DNA from: Octopus bimaculoides
Lineage: Eukaryota
Reading direction: 5' to 3'
DNA length: 50,690 nucleotides
Assembly (NCBI RefSeq): GCF_001194135.2
Contig: NC_068989.1
Location: 59,327,047 to 59,377,736, forward strand
Part shown: positions 13,201 through 26,103 of the stretch, piece by piece
Layout of the letters: every line of letters begins with the position of its first letter
Numbering within the stretch: the first letter of the stretch is position 1
Made by a program: the position numbers and the translations under genes
Notes under the pieces: model-generated
Seen by the model: the letters and a program-made list of their open reading frames with translations, nothing else
Databases searched by the model: none
Told to the model about the DNA's origin: nothing

Positions 13201-13367
13201 AGGTGAGTGTGAGGAATGCGTAGCTTTAAGGAGAGAGGGGGTAGGTGGCTTTTCTGCTGTTCATCGCAAAGAGACACTCACACACACACATACATACGTA
13301 TACATACATTCATATGTCTACTATACACCATTTTAAACTCGTGCTTACCTATATGTATGTTTGTAAA

Positions 13368-13370
<3 letters not shown>

Positions 13371-13426
<56 letters not shown>
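13371..13426. repeat. (GT)n microsatellite
   Basis: Direct reading. Confidence 0.98.
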
Positions 13427-13427
<1 letters not shown>

Positions 13428-13761
13428 ACGTCTTATAACTGTAGGATTTTCCCTGTTGGATTTTGTAGGATTTTCCCTGTTGCTGTCATATTGTGTGATT
13501 TTAAATTACGTCAAAATTTACAAATTTGGTATATTGAAATAATTTTCCACGTTAAATCCGATTTACTTGTTCCTAACATCCGGTTGAATTATATCCAAAC
13601 TGGATTTCAATAAAAATCTATAATGCCCCCCCCCCCTAGAGAGGGGAGTGGTGCTGTAGCACATGTTTATAAATCAGCTACGATAAGCTACGACAAGCGA
13701 CAACGCCAGCTATTATACGCAAACTGCTTATCAATGTATTTGTAAATCTATCTATTTGTCT

Positions 13762-14728
13762 AATTTATTTTACTCAGATGCATATTCGTTTGTTGAAATA
13801 ATATAGGGACATTCCTTATTCACCCACTAATCGAATTAATAGTTTGTAATACCTGTTTTTAGCAATAAACTATTGCCATAAACAACGGGTTGGGCATAAA
13901 GACAGGAAATGAACAGGAAAAGGGATAGGACATGGAATAGTGTAATGGTAAACGGGAACTGGGGATAATCCCCGCTTTCCCGAGTATTACCGGTCACCTC
14001 ATTTATTTTACTCAGATGCATATTCGTTTGTTAAAATAATATAGGGACATTCCTTATTCACCCACTAATCGTATTAATAGTTTGTAATACCTATTTTTAG
14101 CAATAAACTATTACCATAAAGGTTAATAAAATATTTATTGACTTAATTACACCTAACTGATTCTAAAATTTATATAGTCTTTTCTTCTCTAGGCACATGG
14201 CCCAAAAATTTTTTGGTGGGAGGGCAGTCGATTAGATTGATCCCAGTATGCAACTGGTACTTAATTTATTGACCCCGAAAAGATGAAAGGCAAAGTCGAC
14301 CTCGGCGGAATTTGAACTCAGAACGTAACGGCAGACGAAATACCGCTAAGCATTTCGTCCGGCGCCCTAACGTTTCTGCCAGCTCGCTGCCTTTCTAAAA
14401 TTTATATATTGTCATAGGATTGGGGATAGGAATGGGAGCGGAACTAAAACGGGGACTGAACAGGGAACGGGAATAGAACATGGCACAGTGTAATGGTAAA
14501 CAGGAACTGGGAATAACCCTCGCTTTCCCGGTATTACCGGTCAAGTCATTTATTTTACTCGGATGCATATTCGTTTGTTAAAATAAGGATATTCTTATTC
14601 ACCCACTAATCGTATTAATAGTTTGTAATACCTAATATTACCCTAAAGATTAATAAAATATTTAATGGATTAATTACACCTAACTGATTCTAAAATTTAT
14701 ACACTGACATGGGATTGGGAATAGGAAC
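13762..14728 (+). repeat. Three tandem copies of a ~240-320 bp unit
   Basis: atttattttactc(a/g)gatgcatattcgtttgtt..ttattcacccactaatcg..ttaatagtttgtaatacct starts at ~13762, ~14001 and ~14548. Confidence 0.92.
14177..14392 (-). mobile_element. Family B SINE with perfect 16-bp TSD
   Basis: TSD ttctaaaatttatata at 14161-14176 and 14393-14408. The head ggcagcgagctggcagaaacgttag is on the minus strand. The central block resembles the Meta/MESC SINE domain (from recall). Confidence 0.95.
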
Positions 14729-14959
14729 AATTCTACCTAGTACTATATTGGTGGGAATAATGAATTATAAGCTGATTGAAACTTAATTGAAAAAACAATG
14801 TTTGTTAACAATATTTATTTTGCAGTTGGTAAATGGATATTTATCATTTACGTGTTTATTTTTCAGATAAGTAGGTCTAGTTGGCATCTCCAAGCACTTC
14901 AATCCCAAGAATAAGAAGAGACATTTAAGAATATGACGTACACACCACCTAAACAAAAG

Positions 14960-15880
14960 TACATGGGAATATATAGCTGCAACGAAGTACTTCAACAAGG
15001 ACGGTGCGTCCACAGTGTGTGTTGCGTAGAAAGATCTTGTCAGACGGGAACTTGAAAACAGGGTAAATACACGAACATCTTCATGTCATTTACCATCGGA
15101 GAGAAACTTTGGAAGAATTTCGTAGACTCGTATGAACTTTCAAAGCTTAGTCGCTGGATTCTAAGAGACTAATTGGTATATAATATGATGTTGCATATTG
15201 CATAGTTATGTAGAAGGGGCTTCATAGCAGCAGAGAGATTTATTATTCCTGGAGCTGAGATTCTTGCGAGAGAAACATAAATGGTGAGCACGAAGTAAAA
15301 AATACCTCTCAAGGTTTCTATCTGAAATAACATTTTTCGACAGGAAACAGATGGTATGGCGGAAGTTGTTGCGATACAAGTTGCTAAAACATCGACACAC
15401 ATCGATGTTAGATGAATCAACTGATGTTTCTAGCTGTACTCAACTGATCTACTTTACTCACTGTATTGTTGATGATCAGCTGAAGTTGATTAATTCTTGT
15501 CCTTTCTTCTGTTTGGAACAATAACTACAGTACGAGACATTGCTGGTGCGGTGTCAAGCTACACAGCAAAGCATTGGATGCAATGACAAAATCCTTAGAG
15601 CCATTTGTACGGGTGGGAATGTTTCACGTATTAATACGGTTTTAATGCATTGGCAAAGAAAGGTTCTCTGCACTGTGCCGTTCTCATAACCAGCACTCTT
15701 CATTCTAACTTTCTCAAAGACGTAACCTTTGTTATATGAGAAGGTTTATGAAATAAAATAAAAATTCGATCACTTGACACTCGTTTGTCCAGAGTGTTGT
15801 GTGAAGAATTTAGCTTCGAACACAACTGTTTCTGAACACTAAGATGAGATGATTGACAAAGATAACACTACACATCTAAA
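14960..15880 (+). mobile_element. Degenerate hAT (Buster/Charlie, ZBED5/8-like) transposase relic
   Basis: Translation remnants PQCVL..KILSDGNLK, AERFIIP, MLDESTDVSSCTQL, RAICTG, KIRSLDTRLSRVLCEEF..EHN match the order of hAT catalytic-core motifs. Many stops and frameshifts. Confidence 0.8.
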
Positions 15881-17599
15881 ATGTTTGTGACGACATTACA
15901 ATTTTCTCTATCTCACTAAGTTTATAACAGCACTGTACAATAAGTGCTTCATTGTATTAGAATTGTGTGGTGCCCAGTGGCGGTTCGCATACAGGCACTG
16001 CGCAACTGCAGCACCTCTATTTCCACTCGATATTATCGATAACATTCAATATAATGAGTCCTTTTTTCTTTTAAATTCTTTCTTTATACTTGTACATTAT
16101 ATAATCCTTAAGCTTAATGTCAGTAGCCATCCCCTAGTTTATGAAAAAAATGCAAAATTCCTTGTATAGAACTGCGCTCTTCACAGTTCCAGCGACGCTG
16201 TGTTTGGCTGTTGTGCTCATGCTCACATGTCCGAGATAGAAAGCTTCACGCTAGGGAGAGACAGCACTGTCGTTCACGCGGTGCCGGTAAAAGGTAGTAT
16301 TTCGTTTTGACTCCGCGTGTGTTATGCTTAAAAACGTGTTTATATTCTTAAATGTGATAAAGTGTAGAATTAGATTATTATCCTGCTTCCAGCTACAGTG
16401 TTGCTGCCAGGATTTGAAAAATAGAACAGATTACCCCCCATCCTCTTATTTTGTGATTTAGGTGGGGATTGAAAAACAAGGGGGAATTTGCGGCGGTGTT
16501 CAGTGAACATATTAAACACATTACCCGGCAGTGGCTAAAACGCGAACCGATCAAGTTTACGTATAAATATTCTTTTTTATGTGTTTGTTTCCTTTTATAC
16601 AATATTAAAACAACGGCTAAAAGTTAGCACCCCAACTAATTTTATCTACCAGCCGCCATTTTATTTTGGAGTAATTTGGACGTGTTACAATTTAAATTAA
16701 GGTAAAACTAGAAATAAGTTTAAGAACTAGTTACCTACATGTATTGCCTCTATAGAGACCGGCTACATGGCCTGGGTTTGAAATGATTGTCTACATGTTT
16801 CATGCTAAAAAATTCTATATAGAGAGTGTTTACATGTTGTGTGTTTGTAGAGATTGTCTACATGTTCTGCCTCTATAGTGTATCTCTATATGCCACTATA
16901 GAGACCATCTCTATACTATGTGTCTTTAGAGACTAATCAGCGTTCTGACAGTTTACATGTTAGAAATTTGTCCAAAAAGTGAATTGGCTGTCATAGGAAA
17001 AGAGTCGAAAGACCAATAAGAGGAACGAACAATGCGGATAAATTTGTTAAAGGACTCGAATTTTGGATTTTATGTCATCGTCCGATTCGACTCAAGGGTT
17101 CTTATTACAACTTTAACTAATCAAAGCTAATCTTTTGAATATGAGAATCTCAATGAGTCATACGACAGGCGGAGGTGAAAGTATATAATAATTCTAGTTG
17201 GATTGGAATGTGACGGAATGTGACGGAATGTGACTAGCAAGCGTTCATTCGTAACGAGTTGGTAGACGAGTCGCAAGTATATGAAAGGAAATCTGAAGTA
17301 AGAGAAAAGTTAACTAAAATCATTTTTATCTACAAGATAAAATGAAGCTGTGGCAGTATTTGGTTAAAATGGAGACAGCTCATCATGATCTGGCAAAAAT
17401 CTCTGTATTAGCTCAGAGATGGAAAGATTAGCCTGTTTTGTTGTGAGTTATGTTTGGCAATATTAATGCAGTTTGACACTACTGCAGAAGAGATGGTGTT
17501 AATAATGCAAATATCTCGCATTGTTTCATAAATCTTTTGTCTTTGTTTCTGTCCCTCACATTCCTCTCACACCGACATCAAATGTGGCTGAATATTAGA

Positions 17600-18420
17600 C
17601 TCAATAAGGTAATGTGCCACACACACAGACGACAAAAGTTTTGAGATTTACATAAGACACGTCTACATTTGCAACAAACATAAAAGATACGATAAAGAAA
17701 GCAACATTAGACACAAACATATTTAAAGCAATCACAAATACAACATTTAGCCAAAAGAAACAACACTCTACAAACAATATATTGGATACACCATGGACTA
17801 AGTCCATCCAAGCTGGGCCCTAATTTCTTCACAACAAACTACAATATACTAAAAGAACACAAAACAGTATATTTCGTATCATGGCACATTACATACAGAC
17901 CAGCTACACGATGAAACAAGAAATGAAAGACCTCTTGGACATGCAAGGAGTATAGTTAAACAACCAAAGTAACATGAAAAATTGAAAGTAACCCTCTAAG
18001 TAATTTGAAAAATCGAAAGTAACTCTCTAAGTAACATGAAAAGTCGACTACTCAGAAGCAATATTCTTGAGCACTACAACACAGTTCACTAAAAATGTTA
18101 TTTCACCCACCTTACTTAGAGAAACATTAAAAACAAACAAACGTGCTCAGAAATAGCTACCCCTATCAGTACTTACATTATTCCTATGTGCTGGGATGGG
18201 ATGCATACTCGCAATAAGTACAAAGTGACGACAACTGTTGCGCTTTCACCAAGTTTCCTTTACCCGTTCTCACTGAGAACACTACCAAGACCTGCAACCA
18301 TGTAAGAATAAAGTGGACAGTAGAGATAGTACAGCGTATCCAGACTGCAACTGTACCTATACAATTAATCATTGCGTATTAGAATATACAAGAAGGTTAT
18401 CAGATATGTTAAAAGCATGG
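17600..18420 (+). mobile_element. Possible ancient non-LTR retrotransposon relic (RLE-type C-terminus)
   Basis: Weak motifs only: ISTK*RQLL, EHYQDL, KWTVEIV. Confidence 0.25.
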
Positions 18421-18577
18421 TATATGTAGAACAATATATATACAACGACCCACACTACAATGTGACTGCCGATACTCCAGTACTAACCCTATTCGCACCA
18501 GTTCCCAATCTTTCTCCGTCCATAATCTATCCTAATTTATAGAAACAGGTTACACGGTGTCCCATACATACATACAT

Positions 18578-18948
18578 GGTTGGCACTCCGTCGGTTACGA
18601 CGTTGAGGGTTCCAGTTGATCCGATCGATGGAACAGCCTACTCGTGAAATAAACGTGCAAGTGGCTGAGCACTCCACAGACACGTGTACCCTTAACGTAG
18701 TTCTCGGTGAGATTCAGCGTGACACAGTGTGACAAGGCTGGCCCTTTGAAATACAGGTACAACAGAAACAGGCAGAAAGAGGGAGAGAAAGTTGTGGTGA
18801 AAGAGTACAGCAGGGTTCGCCACCATCCCCTTGTGGAACTTTAGGTGTTTTCGCTCAATAAACACTCACAACGCCCGGTCTGAGAATCGAAACCGCGATC
18901 CTACGACCGCGAGTCCGCTGCCCTAACGGCTGGGCCATTGCACCTCCA
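18578..18948 (-). mobile_element. tRNA-derived SINE family C
   Basis: Minus-strand head ggaggtgcaatggcccagccgttagggcagcggactcgcgg..ggtttcgattc. Matches the copies at 26104 and 27001. Flanked by (CATA)n. Confidence 0.92.
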
Positions 18949-19053
18949 CACATACATACATACATACATACATACAAACAAACAATCATACATGCATACA
19001 TACAGATAGACAAACATTCAGACAGACAGACAGACAGATAGATGGACAAGCGA

Positions 19054-20095
19054 GGAACCTCTCCCATCCTGACAATTACCTTATTATCTTTCTTAATTTC
19101 AGCATTTCAATGTGATGGAAACAGAATTTAAACAATTATGTCCCTTATTAGCTCGAGTTCCTCCTAAATGGCACCGATACGATTTCTTTGGAGCCGAGTT
19201 TACCGGAGATTTACTCTCCAATGTCACTCACTAGTCGTCTCTCGCTGTCAAGAAGTCTGACGAAAGTCATGATGTTGCCCACGATGTTAAAGTCTTTGAC
19301 CATATCTGGCCTTTAATATAAGTGATCATATATTATTATTACTATTAAGGTGGTGAGCTGGCAGAATCGTTAGCACGCTGGGCAAAATGCTTAGCAGCAT
19401 TTCGTCCGTCTGCACATTTTGAGTTCAAATTCCGCCGATGTCGAGTTTGCTTTTTAGCTTTTCGCAGTCGATGAAGTACCATCTGAAAACTGGGATCGAG
19501 GTAATCGACTTAAACTCTCCCTTGAATTTGCTGGCCTTGTGCCAAAATTTGAAACCAAAATATTATGCTACTGTATATACAACAACCATTAACTTCTTAA
19601 AGCTATCTGTTAGATTAACAAAGACTCATGCAACATCCACTTGCTCAACAGACCCTTCACAAAAGAATACACACCAAATTTTTGCTTCATAGAATTTCAA
19701 TACTCCGAAATGAAATACCCTTAGAACTGTGTGTTTATTGTGCAACACTTAAAGAGAATTTAATCATGAAGCAGAAGCGTCTAAATACGCCAATCATCTT
19801 CAGCTGATGAAGCCTTTATGATCGATATCCTCGCAGATGCTGTGTTCTGTGTTTATATTAAAGACAACACTAGATGCTTCACTTACGGTAAAAGCAGGCA
19901 TCACTCGTAGTTTATACTCGGAACCTCTCCCATCCTGACAATTATATCATCTTCCTTAATTTCAGCATTTCAATGCGATGGAAACAGAATTTAAACAATT
20001 ATGTCCCTTATTAGCTCGAGTTTCTCCTAAATGGCACCGATACGATTTCTTTGGAGCCGAGTTTACCGGAGATTTGCTCTCCAATGTCACTCACT
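19054..20095 (+). repeat. Dispersed ~178-bp direct duplication (19054-19232 and 19920-20095)
   Basis: ggaacctctcccatcctgacaatta...ctctccaatgtcactcact occurs twice with few differences. Confidence 0.95.
19347..19560 (+). mobile_element. Family B SINE
   Basis: aaggtggtgagctggcagaatcgttagcacgctgggcaaaatgcttagc...ggccttgtgccaaaatttgaaacc. Confidence 0.9.
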
Positions 20096-20705
20096 GCGAC
20101 GTTGTAGTTTATACTCGGAAAGACATTCAATATTAAAGACATGTGCACAAAAATCATTTGAATTTGTAAACCTAAACGAATACAGAAGAAAATAAAGCAA
20201 AGTAAATGCATCATTATGATAGAGGGGGTGGAGTGCAGAAGTGGTGTTACTGCGGCTGCTGCGGCTGTGATGGTATTACTTTCATGTGTAAAAGTGTAGC
20301 TAACTGTCATACGTTCTAGAAAATGGTCAGCTTTGAGTCACAAGTATGTAATTTGAATAAACTAAATATGTCACTTATAAATCTAACACAATAACTAAAG
20401 GACAACATTTCAAGTGCTATGTCGTAAATGTTATTTTTCTTGGCCGTTTCATTCATTCTTTCTACTCCGCCTTTCTTTCGTTCCGTATTTCATTTTACCA
20501 TTTTGTTTTCTTCGCTCTTTTCTTCCTATTTAGTTTCTTTCGTCATTCTTGACACTTTTGTGTGTGTGTGGTTCCTTTTTTCTTTCCTTCCCTTATGCTC
20601 TTTTTTTTTTTTCTTTCTTCATTCTATATCCTTTTTTCAATGCTGATTAATTGAAACTTCTCTTTTTCTCTCTCTCTCCCTCCCTCCCTCTCACCATCCC
20701 TACAG

Positions 20706-21143
20706 TCACGCCCACACTCGCATATTTCCACCGTAACTCAAGCCAACCTTCACTATTAGTCCAGTCAACTGTTATCTTGAAGCTAAGCCCCTGTCTCCGA
20801 GGCTCCGTTACTTTAATACTAGTAGTTGCAGCATTCCGCCCATATTTTCTTACTCTTCCCTCCTCTCCAACCGCCAGCGAAGCATTCGATGTTATTACTT
20901 CTTCGCTGTTGCCGTGTTCACTGATTTTCATTTCCCATTCAAGTAGCATGGCATTACCAGTTTGTGAGAAACAACAGCTGTCTCCTTACGACACGATATA
21001 TATCTAAAGAAAAGGAAATTACTAATATTTTGCTCGAGCACCTGCCTGAGCTGTCCCAACTTGGCCGAGCTAACTTCACAACTAATATACACCCAGTGAC
21101 ATAAGTGTTGTCTCTGTCGACACAAAAACTACCCAACAGAAGT
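20706..21143 (+). other. Putative 5' UTR of the myosin I gene, with two uORFs
   Basis: Long pyrimidine tract then ctacag| at 20705. uORFs at 20889-20924 and 20948-21007. The 5' boundary is inferred. Confidence 0.45.
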
Positions 21144-21241
21144 ATGGCAGCAATTCACGAGGGACCCGAATTTGGTATTGGGGATTTTGTTTTACTATCC
21201 GACCTCACATTGGATAGCTTTATGGACAATTTAAAAACTAG
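21144..21241 (+). CDS. Myo1d: First coding exon of unconventional myosin I (Myo1D/Myo1G, Myo31DF-like)
   Basis: ATG in agtATGG context. Translation MAAIHEGPEFGIGDFVLLSDLTLDSFMDNLKT(R) matches the MYO1G/MYO1D N-terminus as I recall it (EGPEYGKPDFVLLDQVTMEDFMRNLQLR). Ends at AG|GTAAGT, phase 2 within the Arg codon. Confidence 0.88.
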
Positions 21242-22031
21242 GTAAGTTCACTGAACTTGTTTTACTATTGAGTGACAGTCCTCCATTTCTTTTCTTTCTT
21301 TTGTTCTAAGTTAAAGATTGGTTTCTAGAGAAAACAACTGGACTCCAAAATAGTTTACAAAATGATTATTCTATACGGCTATTATCGAAATTCTTTTATG
21401 TTGCAACAGGTAATTACTCGACATTCAAAACGAATGGAAATCTCTAATTTAATTCTGGTGGGTTACAATGTCGTAACTTTCAGAATATCATTTGAAGTTT
21501 GAATGCCCATTTCATAATGATTGTCGAAATACAGGTTTTTATCTTAACTATGATATTAGGAAGTATTTACATATAAAAGCATGCATAGGTAGACACCTGC
21601 TTAGTTTATTGGTTCAAAGTTTATCTCCGCTGTTTGTTTAGCAAGGTTGAAGTAAAAATATCTAGGCTATAATGGCAAAAAGCCTTACCATTGTATTCTT
21701 CCTACAGCTGGCCCATCCAGCTGACCTCTACGGAAGTGGTCTTGACAATTTAACAAATGAAACTCCTGCATGTAAAAGTAAACTTATTTAATTAATAATG
21801 CTGTTAATTAATATGGAACTCATTCAAGTTTGAATACTGCAAACATTGATTGTGAGGCTAGAATTATTTGGCAACTGTTGAATTCAATCAATTCATTATA
21901 TTTTTGTTGTAAAATCAGAATTTTGTTTATTAATAAATTCTAACAAATCCCGTTAATTGTATAGCAAATATCCTTGGGACTATATCATTTTGTTAAAAAA
22001 AAAGACATTTAAAATATCGCTTTTGTTGACG

Positions 22032-22034
<3 letters not shown>

Positions 22035-22090
<56 letters not shown>
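22035..22090. repeat. (TG)n microsatellite
   Basis: Direct reading. Confidence 0.98.
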
Positions 22091-22093
<3 letters not shown>

Positions 22094-23767
22094 ATTTCAA
22101 ACAAAACGTTTATTTGGGCGCCTAACTCTTTCATAGTCAGTCAATTGAAGTAGCACACCTTGCGTATATTGAAAGACTTGAATAATGATCACAAATGTAG
22201 ACTTGAAAACAATAAATAAGTGGATATGATTGTGGAGGGATGCAGCAGTGACTGCTATTTGGCTAACCGAGGTTTTATTAGAATTATATTTTCATTTGTT
22301 AGACGTAGCTATAGTTTCATAAGACAGTGACATGTCACCAGCAGCAAGGTCATATGTCCTGGGGCGGTGTCAAGTTGGTGTTACAATAGACAGTTCGATG
22401 ATTATCTTACGATCGTTCATTTCTTGAGATACTACAACTAAAAACTGTAATGCTTCACCTAGATCTTGTGCATATATTTATGTCAATAGCAGACTATAAA
22501 TGTAGAGGAGAAAGAGAGGTGTGTGTGTGTGAAAGAGAGAGAGAGAGAGAGAGAGATGCTAGGTACACGTGAGTATCTCGTTCATATAAATGCGTGCTCT
22601 GCAGTATTGATACAGCATCGCTGCCTTCTAAGGTTGCATGTTGCTGTACATCACACACAGATGCACGTGTATTTATTTACTTAACTCAGCCTCCTTTACA
22701 ATACATATTCTCACCATATTACCATTTTTAACATCCTTTTCTAGGAATACATTCTGTTTCTGACCTTAGTTCTTTTCTAAAATAACACTATCAAAACACT
22801 GGAATTGTCCTCCTCCTACCCTCCACTACCTCACCATATCACCGAATAAATAATCAATATGTAGACAGAAGGAGAGGGACACGCATTCACACACGTGCTG
22901 TCTCGTATTTGTGGTGTCGAGTTCCTCCTATTTTAGCAGCGATCACTTAATTACACCTTCAGACTGTTATCGGAAGAAAATATCGTTAAATCGAAACCAA
23001 TGTCGACACGAACCGATCTTCTGAACAGTGATTACGGCTCTCTTCCTTACTGTATCGGTTTTTATAATATCAAAGGTTAAACTAACCTTATGGAAAATAT
23101 AACCTTATGATCGATTACTGAACAAACTTTGAAGATTTCCGGGTTTTGATTTTTGTTTTGTTTTGTTTGTTTTTTTGTCACACCTGTTAAAACATGAATT
23201 TTCTCATTGTCATGAAATAACGCGGTCATCGTATGAATAATCTTAACTACTATGATAGGATGCATTGCTTGAAAATATTTATTATTATGGTGCTATTGTT
23301 GAAGTGGTCAGTTACACCTTGACCACTTCAACATTTCTCATAAATTAAATTCGATAAAATAAATTCCTCAGAACTCACAGACCATATCAAAACATATGTT
23401 ATTGTTTTTTGAAGACCATTACTTTTAGTTTTCTTTGTTATAAAGATCTAAATAAACAAGTTGGAATTGCTCAAGAATTTGAACACTTACCTCTGTATGG
23501 CAAATTAGTATTTCTTAAATTTTGTTTAGATGTTGCAGGTAATTTAACATTAATTGAGATTTTTTTTTCTTTAATGTCATTTATTGACTCACCAGAGTGT
23601 TGATTTTTTTTTTTTTTTTAATACAAATAAGCATTCCTAAACCTGTTTTTTCTCCTCACATAGTTAAAATAAATGAATAATAAATCAGCAGTATGAATCT
23701 CAAGTGATGAAAGTTAGAGGTCGTTACAAACCTAATACTGTAAATGGTACGATGGTGTTATTTATTA

Positions 23768-23972
23768 TTGGCAGAATCATTACCATGCCAGACAAAATGC
23801 TTATCAGCATTTCTTCCAGCTTTAGAGTCTGAGTTTAAATGCTGCTGAGATTGACTTTGCCATCTGTCCTTTCTGTGTCAATAAAATAAGTACCAGTTGA
23901 ACACTGGAGGCAATGTAATCAACTAACCGCTTCCCACTAAAATTGCTGGCCTTGTGCCAAAATTTGAAACCA
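23768..23972 (+). mobile_element. Degenerate family B SINE
   Basis: ggcagaatcatt..aaaatgcttatcagc..aagtaccagttgaacactgg..ggccttgtgccaaaatttgaaac. Confidence 0.8.
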
Positions 23973-24640
23973 TCCCTATCATTATTTGTTAAAATTAGCA
24001 AGCTTCATTCATCAAGGGTTCAATGGAGCTGATTTTTCTCTCTATGAAGGCCAAAATGATTGATTTTGTCCTATTTTATATAACTAATCTATTAGCTGAG
24101 AAAGAAAAGTTTGAAGATACAGCTACAATTGATTTACGGTAGGAAAATAAATGAAAAAAAATCCTTAAAGAATATTAAGAAACATGAAGAATTTTTAATG
24201 GATAAATTTAGCTTGTCTACTCTGTCGGAACAATTGTTAAAACAACAGATTAAAACTTGTTTGACTAAAGCTGTTGAGCAAACAATGGTAGCTTGTGGTA
24301 AAAGAGCCAGATTAGTTAATGTTAACATGAACGTGGAAGGCAGTGACAAGAAAATCACCCAAAGGAGCGTGTAGCAACGAGGGAGGAAATAAGAGTATTT
24401 ACTTTCAGACAAGTAGAATTTGCTCGAGAATGTAATTATCTAGTTTAAATTGAATTATAGACATAATGATTTATGCTGACTGATAGTGGTCTTACCCATG
24501 AATAAAGTTCAGTACCTGGAGCAGGAATATAATTCTTTGTAATCTACATCAAGACATAGTTGTTAAAGGCAGCAGTATACCAGTTTACATACTGAAAGGT
24601 TGATGGTTCATACTCCACTAAATTCTGTATCCCTGGTTAT

Positions 24641-24987
24641 TCTTTTATTCTTTTACTTGCTTCAGTCATTTGATTGTGGCCATGCTGGAGCACTGCCTTA
24701 AAGGTTTTAGTCAAACAAATCAACTCCAGGACTTTTTTTTAAGCCTAGTACTTATTTTCTCCGTCTCTTTTGCTGAACCACTAAGTTATGGAGATGTAAA
24801 CACACCAACACTGTTATCAAGTGGTGATGACACACACACACATACACATATATACGATGGGTTTCTTTCAATTTCCGTCTCTCAAATTCACTCAAGGCTT
24901 TGGTCAGCCTGAAACACTTGCCCAAGGTGCTATGCAGTGGAACTGAACCTGGCACCATGTGGTTGGGAAGCAAGCTTCTTGCCACAT
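24641..24987 (-). mobile_element. Family A (CORE-like) SINE
   Basis: Reverse complement of the 1422-1807 type; acacttgcccaaggtgc; internal (CA)n. Confidence 0.88.
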
Positions 24988-26103
24988 TTACCTTAAAGAA
25001 TATAATGATTACATATTCATGCACCATTGTATGAGATAAGTACAAGATGACAGGAGCAGCATTACTTATCCACAGTTAGTACAATGGTTAAGATGAGATG
25101 ATAATCTTAGCTAGGATTGACTTTTAGCTCCCTTAAAGTGATCCTCACACTCACGAAGAAGCTTTTCTTGGTTGAGTCTCCTAAGGTCAGAGGAAAGGCA
25201 AAATTAATAAGTCTGAGAGAGACCCCTGGATGCAGGTGTTGTCTCTCAAACCTTTATCAAATATATAAATGAAGAGGTACTCCATAAATGGTAGTAAACT
25301 CCTTGTTTAGTTGACCTGTTATTGACGGGTATTGTATTTTGTAGTCGGTGTCCAATCGACTCTCAACAGACCAGTATGTGAACCCTACAATGTTGTTGCC
25401 AGTTTTGTCACCAACAACCCAACTATGAAATAGGTACTGCTAATTTAAAGGACTGATTGTAGCATTTCGTTTTTTATCTGATCTGACAACAAGATATTTC
25501 ATAATGGCCAAGGTCTTTCTACCACTGTATCATTACTATATATACAACTGCAAACATAAAATTTGATACAGCTCATTGCTGTCAACAGTGGAAGCATTGT
25601 TACTTTGTGTGCATGCATTGCTGAGCTCAATGTTCCCATAGGCATTGAAGCAGTAAGGTGGAGCCATTTTTGTGTATCTCCTTTTTTCATTTCAAGTAAA
25701 TAACACTTATGTTTACTATCTAACAAACAATTACTCAGTTGTCTTGATTCAGTAATGGTCAGATGAATTCCACTACTACCTTTGAACAGATTACAAACAT
25801 TTAAGTCACAAAATGATGAAAAGTTAGGTGCAAATATATTAAGATGTATCAGAGATAATATATTGATAAATCAAAATGGATTATGACTGTAAATGACCTG
25901 CAAAATCATTTTAAAATGTTAAGGTTACCTTAAGGACTCTTCATTACATGACAATAGAATTATTTCTGTAGAGATAAGCAACTTCTGAAAGTCATGTAGT
26001 GGTGCACGTCTTTGTTTATCATCAAAATGCATCCTGGTAGATAAGTTTGCAAACTGAGAGCAAAATGATAATAGGAACTAAGGACAATACTGGTTGTGGT
26101 TTA

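Larger units (their letters stand above)
12838..14740 (+). mobile_element. Non-autonomous Helitron-like element with tandemly repeated 3' part
   Basis: A|TCTTATATATAAA 5' end followed by ctgtctctctgtctgtt..aaccaatattcacgaaac. Internal (CA)n and (GT)n. Repeat units end in a ccggt-att-accgg hairpin. A CTAG|T lies at 14737-14741. Confidence 0.55.

Noticed and set aside
15974-16661. cagtggcggtt ... cagccgccatt as TIRs of one MITE
   Set aside because: The match is short and imperfect and no TSD was found.
17205-18050. Short tandem repeats (ggaatgtgac x3 at ~17205; ~32-bp x2.5 at ~17970) as CRISPR-like arrays
   Set aside because: They have no unique spacers and the context is eukaryotic; these are ordinary slippage duplications, like those at ~2603 and ~13441.
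18880-18948. tRNA-like sequences here and at other SINE heads
   Set aside because: They continue into SINE bodies, many with TSDs, so they are not tRNA genes.
20651-21007. 118-aa ORF upstream of the myosin ATG
   Set aside because: It starts at TTG within the pyrimidine tract and is S/P/T/L-biased; better explained as UTR. Only the ATG uORFs were kept.
24096-24138. Possible 43-nt cassette exon (ag|CTGAG...TTACG|gtagga) and the overlapping 87-aa ORF
   Set aside because: Splice signals are weak, splicing to exon 1 gives an immediate stop, and it has no myosin similarity.
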